DNA of 64,000 bases from assembly GCA_963678315.1 (NCBI GenBank), contig OY782781.1:992001-1056000 (forward strand), written 5' to 3'. A program made the translations under genes and the position numbers. The notes under the pieces were generated by a model. It was not told where the DNA came from and did no database searches. It saw only the letters and a list, made by a program, of their open reading frames with translations. Shown here in pieces: positions 8,242 through 19,169 of the stretch. Numbering within the stretch: position 1 is the stretch's first letter; each line of letters opens with the position of its first letter. The stretch comes from Candidatus Cloacimonadales bacterium. Its GTDB lineage: Bacteria > Cloacimonadota > Cloacimonadia > Cloacimonadales > JAFGVF01.

Positions 8242-9354
8242 ATGTATATGAAAAAACTGTTTTTGTTACTATTGTTAGTGTTATCCTTGGTGGTAGTTAA
8301 TGGTAATGAAATATCAGCAGTTTGGGTTTTGCCATGGAGTATATCAACTCCAGAAGATATTGATGAGATGCTTGAAAATTTATCCGAGAATAATTACAAT
8401 ACCATTATGGCAGAAGTTAGATACAGGGCAGACGCATTATATATTCCTAATAAGACAGATTCTACCTTTATCAACATAGAATCAAGATCACACGTAATGA
8501 AGGGAAGTGATTTTGATGCTTTAGAATATTTACTTGAAAAGGCTACTTCTTACAACATAGATGTTCATGCTTGGATGACTATGATGGTCATGACTCCTCA
8601 CAATCTTGAAGCATTACCTGCTGACCATATTTATAAAGACAAATCGGGATGGATTACTACTGATGCATTTGGAAAGAAGATGGATAGGTATGACGCTGAA
8701 GGCTATTTTTGGGATGCGGGTATTCCTGAAGTTAGAGACTATTTAGTTAATCTTGTGAGTGATGTAGTAGTCAATTATCCTGGCTTAAGAGGAATTCACC
8801 TTGATTATATCAGGTATCCTTCTCAGGACCTAGGTTTTCATAATGATTCTATGCGTGAATTTAATAGAAAAGGTTATGAAGATAATTATGCTAATTTAAT
8901 GATGTGGAAAGAGGATAACATAAACACATTAGTAAAGGCAATTTATGATAGGGTAAAAGAATTAGATTCGCAGATGATATTGTCTGCAGCTGTAATTTCA
9001 GATAGATTTAAAGCAAGATCTAACTATTCCCAAAATTGGATAGATTGGTTGGAAAATGATTATATAGATTATGTCTTCTTAATGTCTTATACAAAGAAAG
9101 ATGATGTAATTGAAAAAATGTTAAAAGAGAAGAAAAGCAGTCCATATAAATCAAAAATAGTTGTAGGTTTACGAGCCTGGAATGATTCCCAAAAACCATA
9201 TCCGGTAGAACAGATATTCTCTAAAATTCAGAAGGTTAGGGAGTATGGTTTTGCAGGAACATGCTTGTTTAACTATTCTGGATTGGTAAAACATAAATAT
9301 CTTGATGGGCTGGGAATGTTATTATATAAACTAAGTGAAAATGCAAAAATATAA
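8242..9354 (+). CDS. Secreted glycoside hydrolase family 10-like (GHL10/YddW-type) protein
   Basis: Signal peptide; EVRYRADALY, DVHAW, GIHLDYIRYP and QNWIDW motifs. Confidence 0.8.
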   Translation: MYMKKLFLLLLLVLSLVVVNGNEISAVWVLPWSISTPEDIDEMLENLSENNYNTIMAEVRYRADALYIPNKTDSTFINIESRSHVMKGSDFDALEYLLEKATSYNIDVHAWMTMMVMTPHNLEALPADHIYKDKSGWITTDAFGKKMDRYDAEGYFWDAGIPEVRDYLVNLVSDVVVNYPGLRGIHLDYIRYPSQDLGFHNDSMREFNRKGYEDNYANLMMWKEDNINTLVKAIYDRVKELDSQMILSAAVISDRFKARSNYSQNWIDWLENDYIDYVFLMSYTKKDDVIEKMLKEKKSSPYKSKIVVGLRAWNDSQKPYPVEQIFSKIQKVREYGFAGTCLFNYSGLVKHKYLDGLGMLLYKLSENAKI

Positions 9355-9366
9355 TTAGGAGAGAGA

Positions 9367-12138
9367 ATGAGAAAGAAGGTCTTTCTGATTGATGGAACAG
9401 CTCTATTTTATAGAGCTCATTTTGCTTTTATAAGGAACCCATTAATAAACAAGAATGGTTTTGAGATAAGCGCAATTTATGGAGTTATAAACTCTTTTTT
9501 GAAAGTACTGGAGAAATATAGTCCTGATTATATACTAGTCTCTTTTGATAGAAAAGAGAAGACATTTAGGCATGAAATGGATGAGAATTATAAAGCTAAT
9601 CGTCCGCCAATGCCAGTGGAACTTGTCGCACAGATTGAACCAGTCAAGAAGTTTTTTGAGTTGATAGGGATACCTGAAATATCAAAAGCTGGTTATGAAG
9701 CAGACGATGTGATAGGTACTTTAGCTGATAAATTGAAGTCAGAAAATGATATATATATTGTAAGTGGAGATAAAGATTTTGCTCAGTTAGTGTATGAAGG
9801 GGTCTACTTACTAAATCCATTTAAGGATGAGTTATTAGGGCAAGCAGAGATTGAAAATAAATATGGAATAAAGACTTCACAGTTTATTGACTACTTGGCT
9901 ATTGTTGGTGATACAGCTGATAATATTCCTGGGGTGAAGGGAGTGGGACCTAAAGGAGCCGAGAAGCTTCTCAATGAATTTGAGTCATTAGAAGATATAT
10001 ACAATAATCTAGATAGTTTCAAAGGTGCAACATTAAAGAAATTGGAAGCAAGTAAAGAAAACGCTTTTATGTCATATAAACTAGCTCGAATAGAGACTGA
10101 GGTTCCTGTAGAAAATCCTAATATTAAAGATTTCGTGATAGAATTAACTGACTTCAGTAAGTTAGATGAATATTTTGAGCAATACGATATGCCAAATCTA
10201 GCATCGAAAGTTAAAAAGATGTTTCTTGTTGAAAGTAAAGAAATTGAAGAAAAGCTTTTTGAAGAAGTAGGGGATGATCAACAATTAGAGTTGTTTGCAG
10301 AATATAATGATATGACTAAAGAAGATAAAAAGATAAGTGCAGAGTTTGAATCTAAACTAATAAGCACTTTGGAAGAATTAGAGACCATACTCGCTAGTAA
10401 TGAAGAAAGTTTCTTAGCCTTAGATACAGAAACAACTTCTTTAGATGTCTATGATGCAGAGTTAGTTGGTATATCATTCTGCTTTAACGAAAAAATAGCT
10501 TATTATGTGCCAGTTGGGCATTTTGCAAGTGATAATTTGGCTAAAGATAAGGTTCTAGATTCACTAAGAAAGCACATTCAAGATAAGCTATTAATAGGTC
10601 ACAACTTAAAATATGACTTAGAGATATTAGAAAATCAAGGTTTAACAATTAATAATAAGTTATTTGATACAATGATTGCTTCTTTTGTCCTTGATCCTAC
10701 TGCTGGAGGAGTTAAGCTGGATAAGTGTATGGAGAGAGAATTTGATTATCAGATGAAGGCAATAGTTGATTTAATCGGTAAAGGTAAGAAGCAAATCACC
10801 TTTGATATGGTAAATGTTGATCAAGCTTGTTTTTACGCAGCAGAAGATGCTTGGGCGACTTTTAAACTTTATAATCTGTATGCAGAAAAGATTAATATTT
10901 CACAGTTAACAAATCTCTATGAGAATATTGAGTTACCATTGATTTATTCTCTTAAGAAGATGGAACTTAATGGAGCTTATATAGATAAAGATTTCTTGCA
11001 TGAACTTTCAGTAAAGAATAGCAAGCGATTAGATGAATTAGTTGCGGAAATATATAAAATAGCTGGTTATGAATTTAATATTAATTCTCCAAAACAACTA
11101 GGAAATCTTCTTTTTGAAGACATGGGAATTCCTCCAATCAAAAAGACAAAAACAGGCTATTCTACAGATGCTTCTGTTCTAGAAGCATTAGCCTTAGAAC
11201 ATGATATTGCTAGATTAATAGTTGATTATCGACAGATAGCTAAACTAGAATCTACATACATTAAAGCATTACCTCTTTTGATTTCACATGTTACCGGAAG
11301 AGTACATTCATCGTTTAATCAAATAGGAGCTTCTACAGGCAGACTTTCTTCTAACAATCCTAACCTGCAAAACATACCGATTAGAAGTGATTTAGGTAAG
11401 GAAATTAGGAAAGCCTTCACTGTTCAAGACAAAGGGAATATAATTGTTGCTGCTGATTATTCTCAGATAGAATTGAGGCTTTTAGCTATATTCTCGGAAG
11501 ACGCAACATTAGTTAAATCATTTAACTCAGGTGGAGATATTCATAGAGAAACGGCTGGTCTTATATTTGATAAACCGGTTCAAGAAGTTACTAGTGATGA
11601 AAGACGTTCTGCAAAGACAATCAACTTTGGAATAATCTATGGTATGGGTCCACAAAAGCTCTCTAAGGAACTGAATATAAGTCTTAAAGAAGCGAAAGAG
11701 TTTATACAGTCTTATTTTGAAAAATTCCCAACGATAAAAGACTTCATGAATAGAATGGTTTTGAAAGCTAAGGAAAATGGTTACTGTGAGACTATTTCCA
11801 ATAGACGATTATTCTTACCTGGAATTAATTCTTCTAATAAGAGATTAATTAGTGAAGCTGAAAGAGTAGCTGTAAATATGCCAATTCAAGGTTCAGCTGC
11901 TGATATAATAAAGATTGCTATGAATAAATTACATACAAGATTTGAAAATAGAAATGATGTTAAGATGATAATCCAGGTTCATGATGAACTTGTATTTGAA
12001 GTAAAAGAGGAGTCAAAAGACGAGATAATTGCTATTATTAAAGAAGAAATGGAAGGTGCTTTACCGGAACAATATAGTAAAATAGTGAAGATGTCAGTTG
12101 ATGTAGGAATAGGAGAGAACTGGCTAGAAGCACATTAA
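9367..12138 (+). CDS. polA: DNA polymerase I
   Basis: 5' nuclease (LIDG, GYEADD), 3'-5' exonuclease (LDTETT), DYSQIELR and QVHDEL motifs. Confidence 0.98.
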   Translation: MRKKVFLIDGTALFYRAHFAFIRNPLINKNGFEISAIYGVINSFLKVLEKYSPDYILVSFDRKEKTFRHEMDENYKANRPPMPVELVAQIEPVKKFFELIGIPEISKAGYEADDVIGTLADKLKSENDIYIVSGDKDFAQLVYEGVYLLNPFKDELLGQAEIENKYGIKTSQFIDYLAIVGDTADNIPGVKGVGPKGAEKLLNEFESLEDIYNNLDSFKGATLKKLEASKENAFMSYKLARIETEVPVENPNIKDFVIELTDFSKLDEYFEQYDMPNLASKVKKMFLVESKEIEEKLFEEVGDDQQLELFAEYNDMTKEDKKISAEFESKLISTLEELETILASNEESFLALDTETTSLDVYDAELVGISFCFNEKIAYYVPVGHFASDNLAKDKVLDSLRKHIQDKLLIGHNLKYDLEILENQGLTINNKLFDTMIASFVLDPTAGGVKLDKCMEREFDYQMKAIVDLIGKGKKQITFDMVNVDQACFYAAEDAWATFKLYNLYAEKINISQLTNLYENIELPLIYSLKKMELNGAYIDKDFLHELSVKNSKRLDELVAEIYKIAGYEFNINSPKQLGNLLFEDMGIPPIKKTKTGYSTDASVLEALALEHDIARLIVDYRQIAKLESTYIKALPLLISHVTGRVHSSFNQIGASTGRLSSNNPNLQNIPIRSDLGKEIRKAFTVQDKGNIIVAADYSQIELRLLAIFSEDATLVKSFNSGGDIHRETAGLIFDKPVQEVTSDERRSAKTINFGIIYGMGPQKLSKELNISLKEAKEFIQSYFEKFPTIKDFMNRMVLKAKENGYCETISNRRLFLPGINSSNKRLISEAERVAVNMPIQGSAADIIKIAMNKLHTRFENRNDVKMIIQVHDELVFEVKEESKDEIIAIIKEEMEGALPEQYSKIVKMSVDVGIGENWLEAH

Positions 12139-12228
12139 TAATCGTTAAGTAAAAAAAAACTTTACGAAAAATATAAGATAAACATTTATACATTGATAAG
12201 AATTATAAATAACTTTAGTGGAGGAAGA

Positions 12229-14475
12229 ATGCCTCAAACATTGAGGAAGTTATTATTAATAATTGTATTATTAGTAGTAAATTCAGTACTTATAGCCCAA
12301 ACTCAATTAATTAGAAATGTACGAGTAACTGGCAATGAAAATATAGATGAATCGATGATTACAACAGTTTCTAAGGTCAAAATTGGTGACTACTTAGATC
12401 CGCAAAATGTTGCAGAAACAATAGAAAGTTTATACAAACTAGAAGTTTTTAATGATATCAAAATTGAAAGTAACTTTATTTCTAACGGATTAGAGATTGT
12501 TATAGTTGTTGATGAATATCCTGTAGTAAATTCTGTAGATTTCAAGGGCAACAAAAAATATAGTGATTCTGCTCTAGAAGAGTTTGTTTATCTAAAAGAG
12601 GGTTCTTATTATTCTCCATTCTTGAGAAACAAAGTAAGTCGTCAGATTAAAGATAAATATATTGATAAAGGTTATAACGCTGTTGAAATCAACTATGATG
12701 TTGTTGATTTGGGAGATAACAATGTTGATATCGTTGTTAATATCAAAGATGGAAATAAAATAAGAATAAATAAGATTACTTTCCATGGTAACAAGCAAAT
12801 AGAATCTAAGAAACTTCGTTCTAAAATGAAGACAAAGACTACTAATTTATTTAGATCTGGTAAGTTTGACCAAGAACAGTTTGAGCTTGATTTAGATGAT
12901 ATAATTGCTTACTACAATGAATTAGGCTATATAAATGCTAAGATTTCTTCTTATGAAAACAACTTAGTTGATAACAAATATATTCAATTAGATATCTATT
13001 TAGATGAAGGTCAACAATATAAATATGGTGATGTCTTCTTATCTGGAAACAACTTCTTTACTGATGAAGAGATTTTTGAAATATTAGACTTTGAACAAAA
13101 CGAACCTTTCAATATGGAAGAGTTTAATCAAAGAAAGAATGAGATAAAAGAGAAGTATTCTGAGGAAGGTTTTATCTATAGTTCTGTGGAACCTAACTTG
13201 ATAATGACTGATGATAAAGTAGACATTCAAGTTAACATTACAGAACATACACGTGCAAAAATTAGAAAGATATTTATCAACGGTAATAGAGGAACCAAAG
13301 AGAAGATTATTAGACGTCAACTCTCTATTCATCCAGGTGATTATTTTAAACGTTCTCAAATCATAAGAACCCAGCAAAATATTTATAATTTGGGATTCTT
13401 TGAGGCAAACATTGGTATTGAACCGAAACCTATTAATCAAAATGGCGATATTGATGTCTATTTTGATGTTGAAGATAAAACTTCAGGTTCAGCTAATGGT
13501 GGTGTTGGTTATAATAGTGCAGATGGATTTGTAGGACAGTTATCACTTTCTCATAATAATATCATGGGCAATAACTGGCAGTCAAAAGTTATGTGGGAGT
13601 TTGGTGGAACTAAACAGAATGTCGAATTCTCTTTTACTAATCCATATACTTTAGATTCAAATGTTCTAACAGGTTTTAGTGTTTATAATACAGAGAAAGA
13701 GTGGGAAGATTATTACTATGAAATATTTACACGAGGTGGATCAGTAAAAGTTGGTAAACCTCTAAGCTTTATTAATAGATCTAAAGCAATATTAAGCTAT
13801 TCACTCTATTCAAAAAAATATAATATTACTGATTTAGATGAAGTAGAAGCCGATAATAATGAATCATTAATAGAGCTTGATACTTTAGGTTGGAGAAACA
13901 CTAGTGCTCTTGGATTAACTCTGTCTAGAGATTCTAGAAACAATGTTTTCTTCCCAACAACAGGTTCTCAAATTACGCTTTATAATGAGTTTGCAGGTGG
14001 TCCACTAGGTGGTCACTTCGATTATTATAAGTTTATTTCACAAGTTAGCTGGTATACAGAAACATATTACAAATTCGTACTTAGATCTAAATGGCGTTTC
14101 GGTTATGTAACTTCATTTGGTCAGTCTTCAGAAGTACCACCAGATGAAAGATTCTACTTGGGTGGAACAGGTCCTGATGGTATAAGAGGCTATGATGATA
14201 GGGAAATTGGTCCTGATGATGGTGGAACTAGAGAAATCTTATTCTCTACAGAATTAGCCTATCCAATTGGTGGCGATCAACTGATCCTATTGACGTTTCT
14301 TGATGCTGGTAATAGTTATAATTCTTTAAATGAATTTAACTTCTTGGAAATGAAGAAAGGTGGGGGATTGGGATTAAGAATTCGAACTCCAATGGGTTTA
14401 ATTGGATTTGACTATGCTTGGAACTTCGATAGAGAAGAATGGCAACCACACTTCCAATTCGGTACTACTTTCTAA
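12229..14475 (+). CDS. bamA: Outer membrane protein assembly factor BamA
   Basis: POTRA repeats, IRGY motif, C-terminal F; ATG at 12229 follows GGAGG. Confidence 0.93.
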   Translation: MPQTLRKLLLIIVLLVVNSVLIAQTQLIRNVRVTGNENIDESMITTVSKVKIGDYLDPQNVAETIESLYKLEVFNDIKIESNFISNGLEIVIVVDEYPVVNSVDFKGNKKYSDSALEEFVYLKEGSYYSPFLRNKVSRQIKDKYIDKGYNAVEINYDVVDLGDNNVDIVVNIKDGNKIRINKITFHGNKQIESKKLRSKMKTKTTNLFRSGKFDQEQFELDLDDIIAYYNELGYINAKISSYENNLVDNKYIQLDIYLDEGQQYKYGDVFLSGNNFFTDEEIFEILDFEQNEPFNMEEFNQRKNEIKEKYSEEGFIYSSVEPNLIMTDDKVDIQVNITEHTRAKIRKIFINGNRGTKEKIIRRQLSIHPGDYFKRSQIIRTQQNIYNLGFFEANIGIEPKPINQNGDIDVYFDVEDKTSGSANGGVGYNSADGFVGQLSLSHNNIMGNNWQSKVMWEFGGTKQNVEFSFTNPYTLDSNVLTGFSVYNTEKEWEDYYYEIFTRGGSVKVGKPLSFINRSKAILSYSLYSKKYNITDLDEVEADNNESLIELDTLGWRNTSALGLTLSRDSRNNVFFPTTGSQITLYNEFAGGPLGGHFDYYKFISQVSWYTETYYKFVLRSKWRFGYVTSFGQSSEVPPDERFYLGGTGPDGIRGYDDREIGPDDGGTREILFSTELAYPIGGDQLILLTFLDAGNSYNSLNEFNFLEMKKGGGLGLRIRTPMGLIGFDYAWNFDREEWQPHFQFGTTF

Positions 14476-14487
14476 AAGGATTCGATA

Positions 14488-15459
14488 ATGAAATATAAGC
14501 ATTTATTTGGACCAGTTATTTCAAGGAGATTAGGAATCTCCTTAGGAGTTGATGTTGTTCCTTACAAATACTGTACTATGGACTGTGTATATTGTGAAGT
14601 CGGTAGAACAGATCATTTAGTTAATGAACAACTTGATTTAATTGACTATGATGCACTAGTTGCAGAATTAGATGATTTTTTAAGCACTAACCCGAAGCTT
14701 GATTATATAACATTCTCTGGAGCTGGAGAACCTTTGATTTATAGTCATATTGGGGAGTTGATTAACTATATAAAAGATAATTATAGTCAATATAAACTTG
14801 CTTTGATAACTAATAGCACTTTCCTTGGTGAGATTAGTATAGTGAATGATTTACTCAAACTAGACTTAATCATGCCTTCAATGGATGCAGTTGATGATGA
14901 AAACTTTGAAAAGATAAATCGACCTCATAGTGATATCACTGTTGATGATGTTCTCTCTAATCTTATAACTTTCAATAGTTATTTCCATGGTGAGATGTGG
15001 CTGGAAATATTCTTTGTTCCTGGTTTGAATGATAACCCTGAATCTCTTATCTCTATGGCTGATATGATAAGTCGTATTCAACCTACTAGAGTTCAACTTA
15101 ACAGTCTCGACAGACCTGGCACTGAATCATGGGTAAAAAAAGCAGAATTTGAGCAGTTAGAAAGAATAAAGAGAGAGTTTGAAAGCTCTTTATCAGACTA
15201 TGATATCAAAATTGAGATAATTAAGAAAGTAGATAAAGACCTCTATGATCAGAATGAAACCAGCATAGAAGCTGAAGAAAAGATTCTGTCAACTATCAAC
15301 CGTAGACCTTGTACAGCCCAGGACTTGAGTCAGATGTTGAATATTCACATCAATGCTATCAATAAGGTTCTGCATAAACTAATAGCAGAAAAAGTTATTG
15401 TGGGAGTTGAAGAGGATCGAGGTATTTTCTATAAGTTATTGAAGGCTAATGATAACTAG
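14488..15459 (+). CDS. Radical SAM protein with C-terminal winged-helix-like region
   Basis: FGPVISRRLGISLGVD, CTMDCVYC, SGAGEP. Confidence 0.85.
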   Translation: MKYKHLFGPVISRRLGISLGVDVVPYKYCTMDCVYCEVGRTDHLVNEQLDLIDYDALVAELDDFLSTNPKLDYITFSGAGEPLIYSHIGELINYIKDNYSQYKLALITNSTFLGEISIVNDLLKLDLIMPSMDAVDDENFEKINRPHSDITVDDVLSNLITFNSYFHGEMWLEIFFVPGLNDNPESLISMADMISRIQPTRVQLNSLDRPGTESWVKKAEFEQLERIKREFESSLSDYDIKIEIIKKVDKDLYDQNETSIEAEEKILSTINRRPCTAQDLSQMLNIHINAINKVLHKLIAEKVIVGVEEDRGIFYKLLKANDN

Positions 15460-16147
15460 TGTGATAATTACTGCTGGAGGTTCTGGTAAAAGACTTCCAG
15501 GTAAAGTAAAAAAGCAATTTCTAGAAATAAATAGACTACCTATATTGTATCATACAATATCTAGGTTCTTATCTATTGCTATAGTGAATGAGATTATTGT
15601 TTCTCTTCCTAAAGATGATTATGAAGCTGTTTCTAGAAATATAGATGATTACTTCAAATCTAGCTTGATTAAGTTTGTGATAGGTGGTAAGGAAAGACAA
15701 GAGTCTGTCTTTAATGCCTTGAAAGCTTGTTCAAAAGCATGTGATTGTGTCTTTATTCATGATGGAGTAAGACCCTATTTCTCTAAAGATGTAATCAGTA
15801 AATCATTAGAATTGGTTGCAGATAAGCTAGGTGTTATTCCTGCAAGTAAAGTTAAATATACGATAAAAGAGATAAATGATTCTAAAGTAGTTTCAACTGT
15901 GCCAAGAGAATATTTGTATAATGTGCATACACCACAGTGTTTCTTATATAAGAATATTCTTGAATTGCACAGAAAGGCTGATTTAGAAGGCAAATTATAT
16001 ACTGATGATGCAGCACTTTTTGAAATGGCAGGTTATCAAGTAATGATTGTTGAAGAGAATGACAAGAATTTGAAGGTAACAACCCAAGAGGATTTAGAAT
16101 TAGTGGAGTTTTATTTAAAGAAAGAAAGTATTCAGGAGAATAAATGA
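15449..16147 (+). CDS. ispD: 2-C-methyl-D-erythritol 4-phosphate cytidylyltransferase
   Basis: AGGSGKR, KQFL, RQESV, IHDGVRP, TPQ, TDD and KVTT motifs. Confidence 0.9.
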   Translation: MITSVIITAGGSGKRLPGKVKKQFLEINRLPILYHTISRFLSIAIVNEIIVSLPKDDYEAVSRNIDDYFKSSLIKFVIGGKERQESVFNALKACSKACDCVFIHDGVRPYFSKDVISKSLELVADKLGVIPASKVKYTIKEINDSKVVSTVPREYLYNVHTPQCFLYKNILELHRKADLEGKLYTDDAALFEMAGYQVMIVEENDKNLKVTTQEDLELVEFYLKKESIQENK

Positions 16148-18870
16148 AAAGATTTGTTAGCAAAATAAAGGATTCAAAGTTAAATATTCCTGTTCCTATT
16201 TTTGGTGTAGGTTGTGGAGTTTTAGGACTTAGTTTAAAGAAAATATCAGTTAATATTGGACAATATGCTTCGACATTGTTAAGAGCACTAGAATATAGGG
16301 GATATGACTCTACAGGTGCAGCAATTCAGAATAAAAAGAAGATAACACTTCTAAAAGATGTGGGTGCTCCAAGTACCCTTGTTAAAACCTTAGGGATCGA
16401 GAATCAAGAAGGTAAGCTCTTTTGTGGCCAAGTAAGATGGGCAACTTTTGGACAAGTAGATAAAGTTAATGCTCAACCTCACTGGGTTAAATGTAAAAGA
16501 GAAATCTATGGTGCTCACAACGGTAATATCACTAATACAAGAGACCTAAGGGAATTCCTTTTAGCAGAAGGTCATAATGTGAAATCTGATAATGATGGTG
16601 AAATGCTAGTTCATACAGTTGAGCATTATTTTGATATTGAATTGGATAAATTATCAAAGACAAAGCAAAATTCTGCTGATGAAAGAAGATTAGCAATGCG
16701 TAAGGCTATTGTTTCAGCAGCAGCTAAATGTGTTGGTTCTTATGCAGCTGTAATAGTTGACCCAGTAACTGAAATATCATGGTCAATTAAAGCTGGCTCA
16801 AGTCTATATTTTGGTATGGGTGAAATTGATGGAAATAGCTTTGGCTTAGCTTCTTCTGACCTTACAGCTGTTCTTAGATTTACTAAAATGTTAGTTAATC
16901 TTAGAGAAGGTGAATTTGTTGAATATGATTCTGATTCTTATCAAGTATATGCTTTAAGAAGCTGTTGTTTTAAGAAAGCTGGCTTAAAAGATGAATGTTA
17001 TAATCCTTGCGATAAAATAGAAAAAGAACTTGTTCGTTCTAAGTTAAGAGCAGAAGATACAGAACTTCTTCCTCAATATAAATACTTCATGGAACAAGAA
17101 ATATATTCCCAACCAGAATCTACTGGTAAGTTGATAAAAATCTATCAAGGTGGCTCTAATACAGGCCGTAGAATGATAGAATTTCTTAAAAGAGAAGATA
17201 TATATTCTGCAGTAGATAAGCTTGCTAATGATATAGCTAGCGTTGAAGAGTTTGATAAGAAGAAAGAATTCTTTGATAAGTTCTTGAAGGATAAAAAATC
17301 TGATGAATATTATAACAAAGCAAAAGAAGGTTATAAATCATTGTATGATGTTCTTGTAAAAGAAGATTTTGAAAATAAATACCTCTTCTCTGAAGAGAAG
17401 AATATGCTTATAGAACTTATGAATGGTGGTTTCTCACGTAAGAATCTACTTACTATTAAAGCTTTAGATAGTTACTATGAAAAGATAGAAACAGACCTTT
17501 ATCATAAGAATGTTAATGATTTTATAAAGATTGTTGAAAACACTAAGAAGAACCGTGGTGTAACTTATACAATTGCTTGTGGTACTTCTTATAATGCAAC
17601 AAAAGTTGCTGCTCAATTCTTCAATGAAATAGCAGGAATTGAGATTATTCCTATTCTACCTGGAGATTTCAGAGGAGAGTATTCCAACAGTTTGAAAGAC
17701 CATGATCTAATTATTGGTGTATCTCAAAGTGGTGAAACTAAAGATTTGATAGATATCTTCAATGATATTGATGCTTCAGGACTGAATATTAGTAAGGTTG
17801 TGGTTGTTAACAACATGAACTCAACTCTTGGACAAGAGAAGAGTGATGTAGCTATTCCTATTCATTGTGGACCTGAAATTGCTGTTCCTGCCACTAAGAG
17901 CTTTATGAATCAGCTAACAGTATTCTACTACTTAGCAATAAGAACAGCTGAAAGTCTTCTTGAAATGCATAAAGCAGACATGGATAAAGCCCAAGTATGG
18001 GAAAAAGAGCATACTATAGCTTATCGTAAGAAGACTCTAAACGATATTCCACTTCTTCTTAAAGAGACTATTTCTACAACTAAAGAATCTATTAGCTATG
18101 TTGCAAGCAAGGTTTATATGGAACCTTCAATGCACTTATTGGCTACGAAGATATCTGGTGTAGCTCTTGAAGGTTCTCTTAAGATTAGAGAGACAGTTCT
18201 CAACCATACTGAAGGTAGAGAAGCTTCTGAATTTAAGCATGGACCTAATACTATTCTTGGTAAGAACACAGTCTTTGGATTAAAAAATGTTAAAAAGCTT
18301 CTCAAGAAGATAAATCATGTTCATGATTTGATAGCTTCACGTGCTGATGAATTTAATTTAATTCCTGATGATACAGTAGCTTTAAACAAAGCTGTTACAA
18401 GTTATATCTTTGATAGAACTTTCCCATTTAACCTAAGTGCTAATGCAACTAAGTTGTTCAAGGTTCTTATCAATGAGGTTGATTTCTTTGATGAACTTTA
18501 TAGAAATTATCCACTAGTTTATATTACAGGTCCGGATGATCGTGATATTAATCTTACTATTTCACAAATAAACACACATAAGATTCGTGGAGCTGATACT
18601 TTCGTTATAGCTGAAGAGAATGATAAATTGCTCAACAATGCTAGATTAAACCCATTTGGCGATGGTAAGTATTATGGTTGGGGATATATTACTCTACCTA
18701 AAACAGGTGATACTCTAATGACTTGCTTCTCCGCGTCAATAGCCCTGCAATTGCTTTCATTAAGAATGAGTGTAAAGAAGATGGAGTATTTAGATAAACT
18801 AGGAGTTGTTGAACATGGTGTTCATCCTGATGTTCCTAAAAATGTGTCTAAATCAATTACTGTTGATTAA
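16144..18870 (+). CDS. glmS: Glutamine-fructose-6-phosphate aminotransferase-like protein, enlarged and atypical
   Basis: LEYRGYDS, RWAT, HNGNI, SQSGET, GPEIAVPATKSF, EFKHGP and PKNVSKSITVD C-terminus; 908 aa. Confidence 0.82.
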   Translation: MKRFVSKIKDSKLNIPVPIFGVGCGVLGLSLKKISVNIGQYASTLLRALEYRGYDSTGAAIQNKKKITLLKDVGAPSTLVKTLGIENQEGKLFCGQVRWATFGQVDKVNAQPHWVKCKREIYGAHNGNITNTRDLREFLLAEGHNVKSDNDGEMLVHTVEHYFDIELDKLSKTKQNSADERRLAMRKAIVSAAAKCVGSYAAVIVDPVTEISWSIKAGSSLYFGMGEIDGNSFGLASSDLTAVLRFTKMLVNLREGEFVEYDSDSYQVYALRSCCFKKAGLKDECYNPCDKIEKELVRSKLRAEDTELLPQYKYFMEQEIYSQPESTGKLIKIYQGGSNTGRRMIEFLKREDIYSAVDKLANDIASVEEFDKKKEFFDKFLKDKKSDEYYNKAKEGYKSLYDVLVKEDFENKYLFSEEKNMLIELMNGGFSRKNLLTIKALDSYYEKIETDLYHKNVNDFIKIVENTKKNRGVTYTIACGTSYNATKVAAQFFNEIAGIEIIPILPGDFRGEYSNSLKDHDLIIGVSQSGETKDLIDIFNDIDASGLNISKVVVVNNMNSTLGQEKSDVAIPIHCGPEIAVPATKSFMNQLTVFYYLAIRTAESLLEMHKADMDKAQVWEKEHTIAYRKKTLNDIPLLLKETISTTKESISYVASKVYMEPSMHLLATKISGVALEGSLKIRETVLNHTEGREASEFKHGPNTILGKNTVFGLKNVKKLLKKINHVHDLIASRADEFNLIPDDTVALNKAVTSYIFDRTFPFNLSANATKLFKVLINEVDFFDELYRNYPLVYITGPDDRDINLTISQINTHKIRGADTFVIAEENDKLLNNARLNPFGDGKYYGWGYITLPKTGDTLMTCFSASIALQLLSLRMSVKKMEYLDKLGVVEHGVHPDVPKNVSKSITVD

Positions 18871-18899
18871 TAGAATAAACTAGTATTATATATATTTTT

Positions 18900-19148
18900 G
18901 AGACCATCGAAAGATGGTCTCTGACTTTTGACAAAGAGTTTAGTGTTGAAAATTACATACTAAAAGATAAAATGGCTTGTCTATTGAGATTCGACATATC
19001 TTAGCTAAATCTTTAGCATTCGAAGTATTACAATACGTCTTCGGCAAAAGATTCAGCTAAGCTATTGTCGATTTGTTTTTGTAAAAACAAAGCAAAAACA
19101 AAGAGTCTTGACTTTATCAAGACTCTCAAACCATCCAAAGATGGTCTC
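18900..19148. mobile_element. Palindrome-bounded MITE-like element between the convergent glmS and lplA genes
   Basis: gagaccatc-gaaa-gatggtctc at the left, accatc-caaa-gatggtctc at the right; internal ~80-nt hairpin tcgaca...tgtcga (18991-19071); gagtcttga-cttta-tcaagactc. Confidence 0.6.
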
Positions 19149-19169
19149 AATTATTTTTTTCCCTTACAA

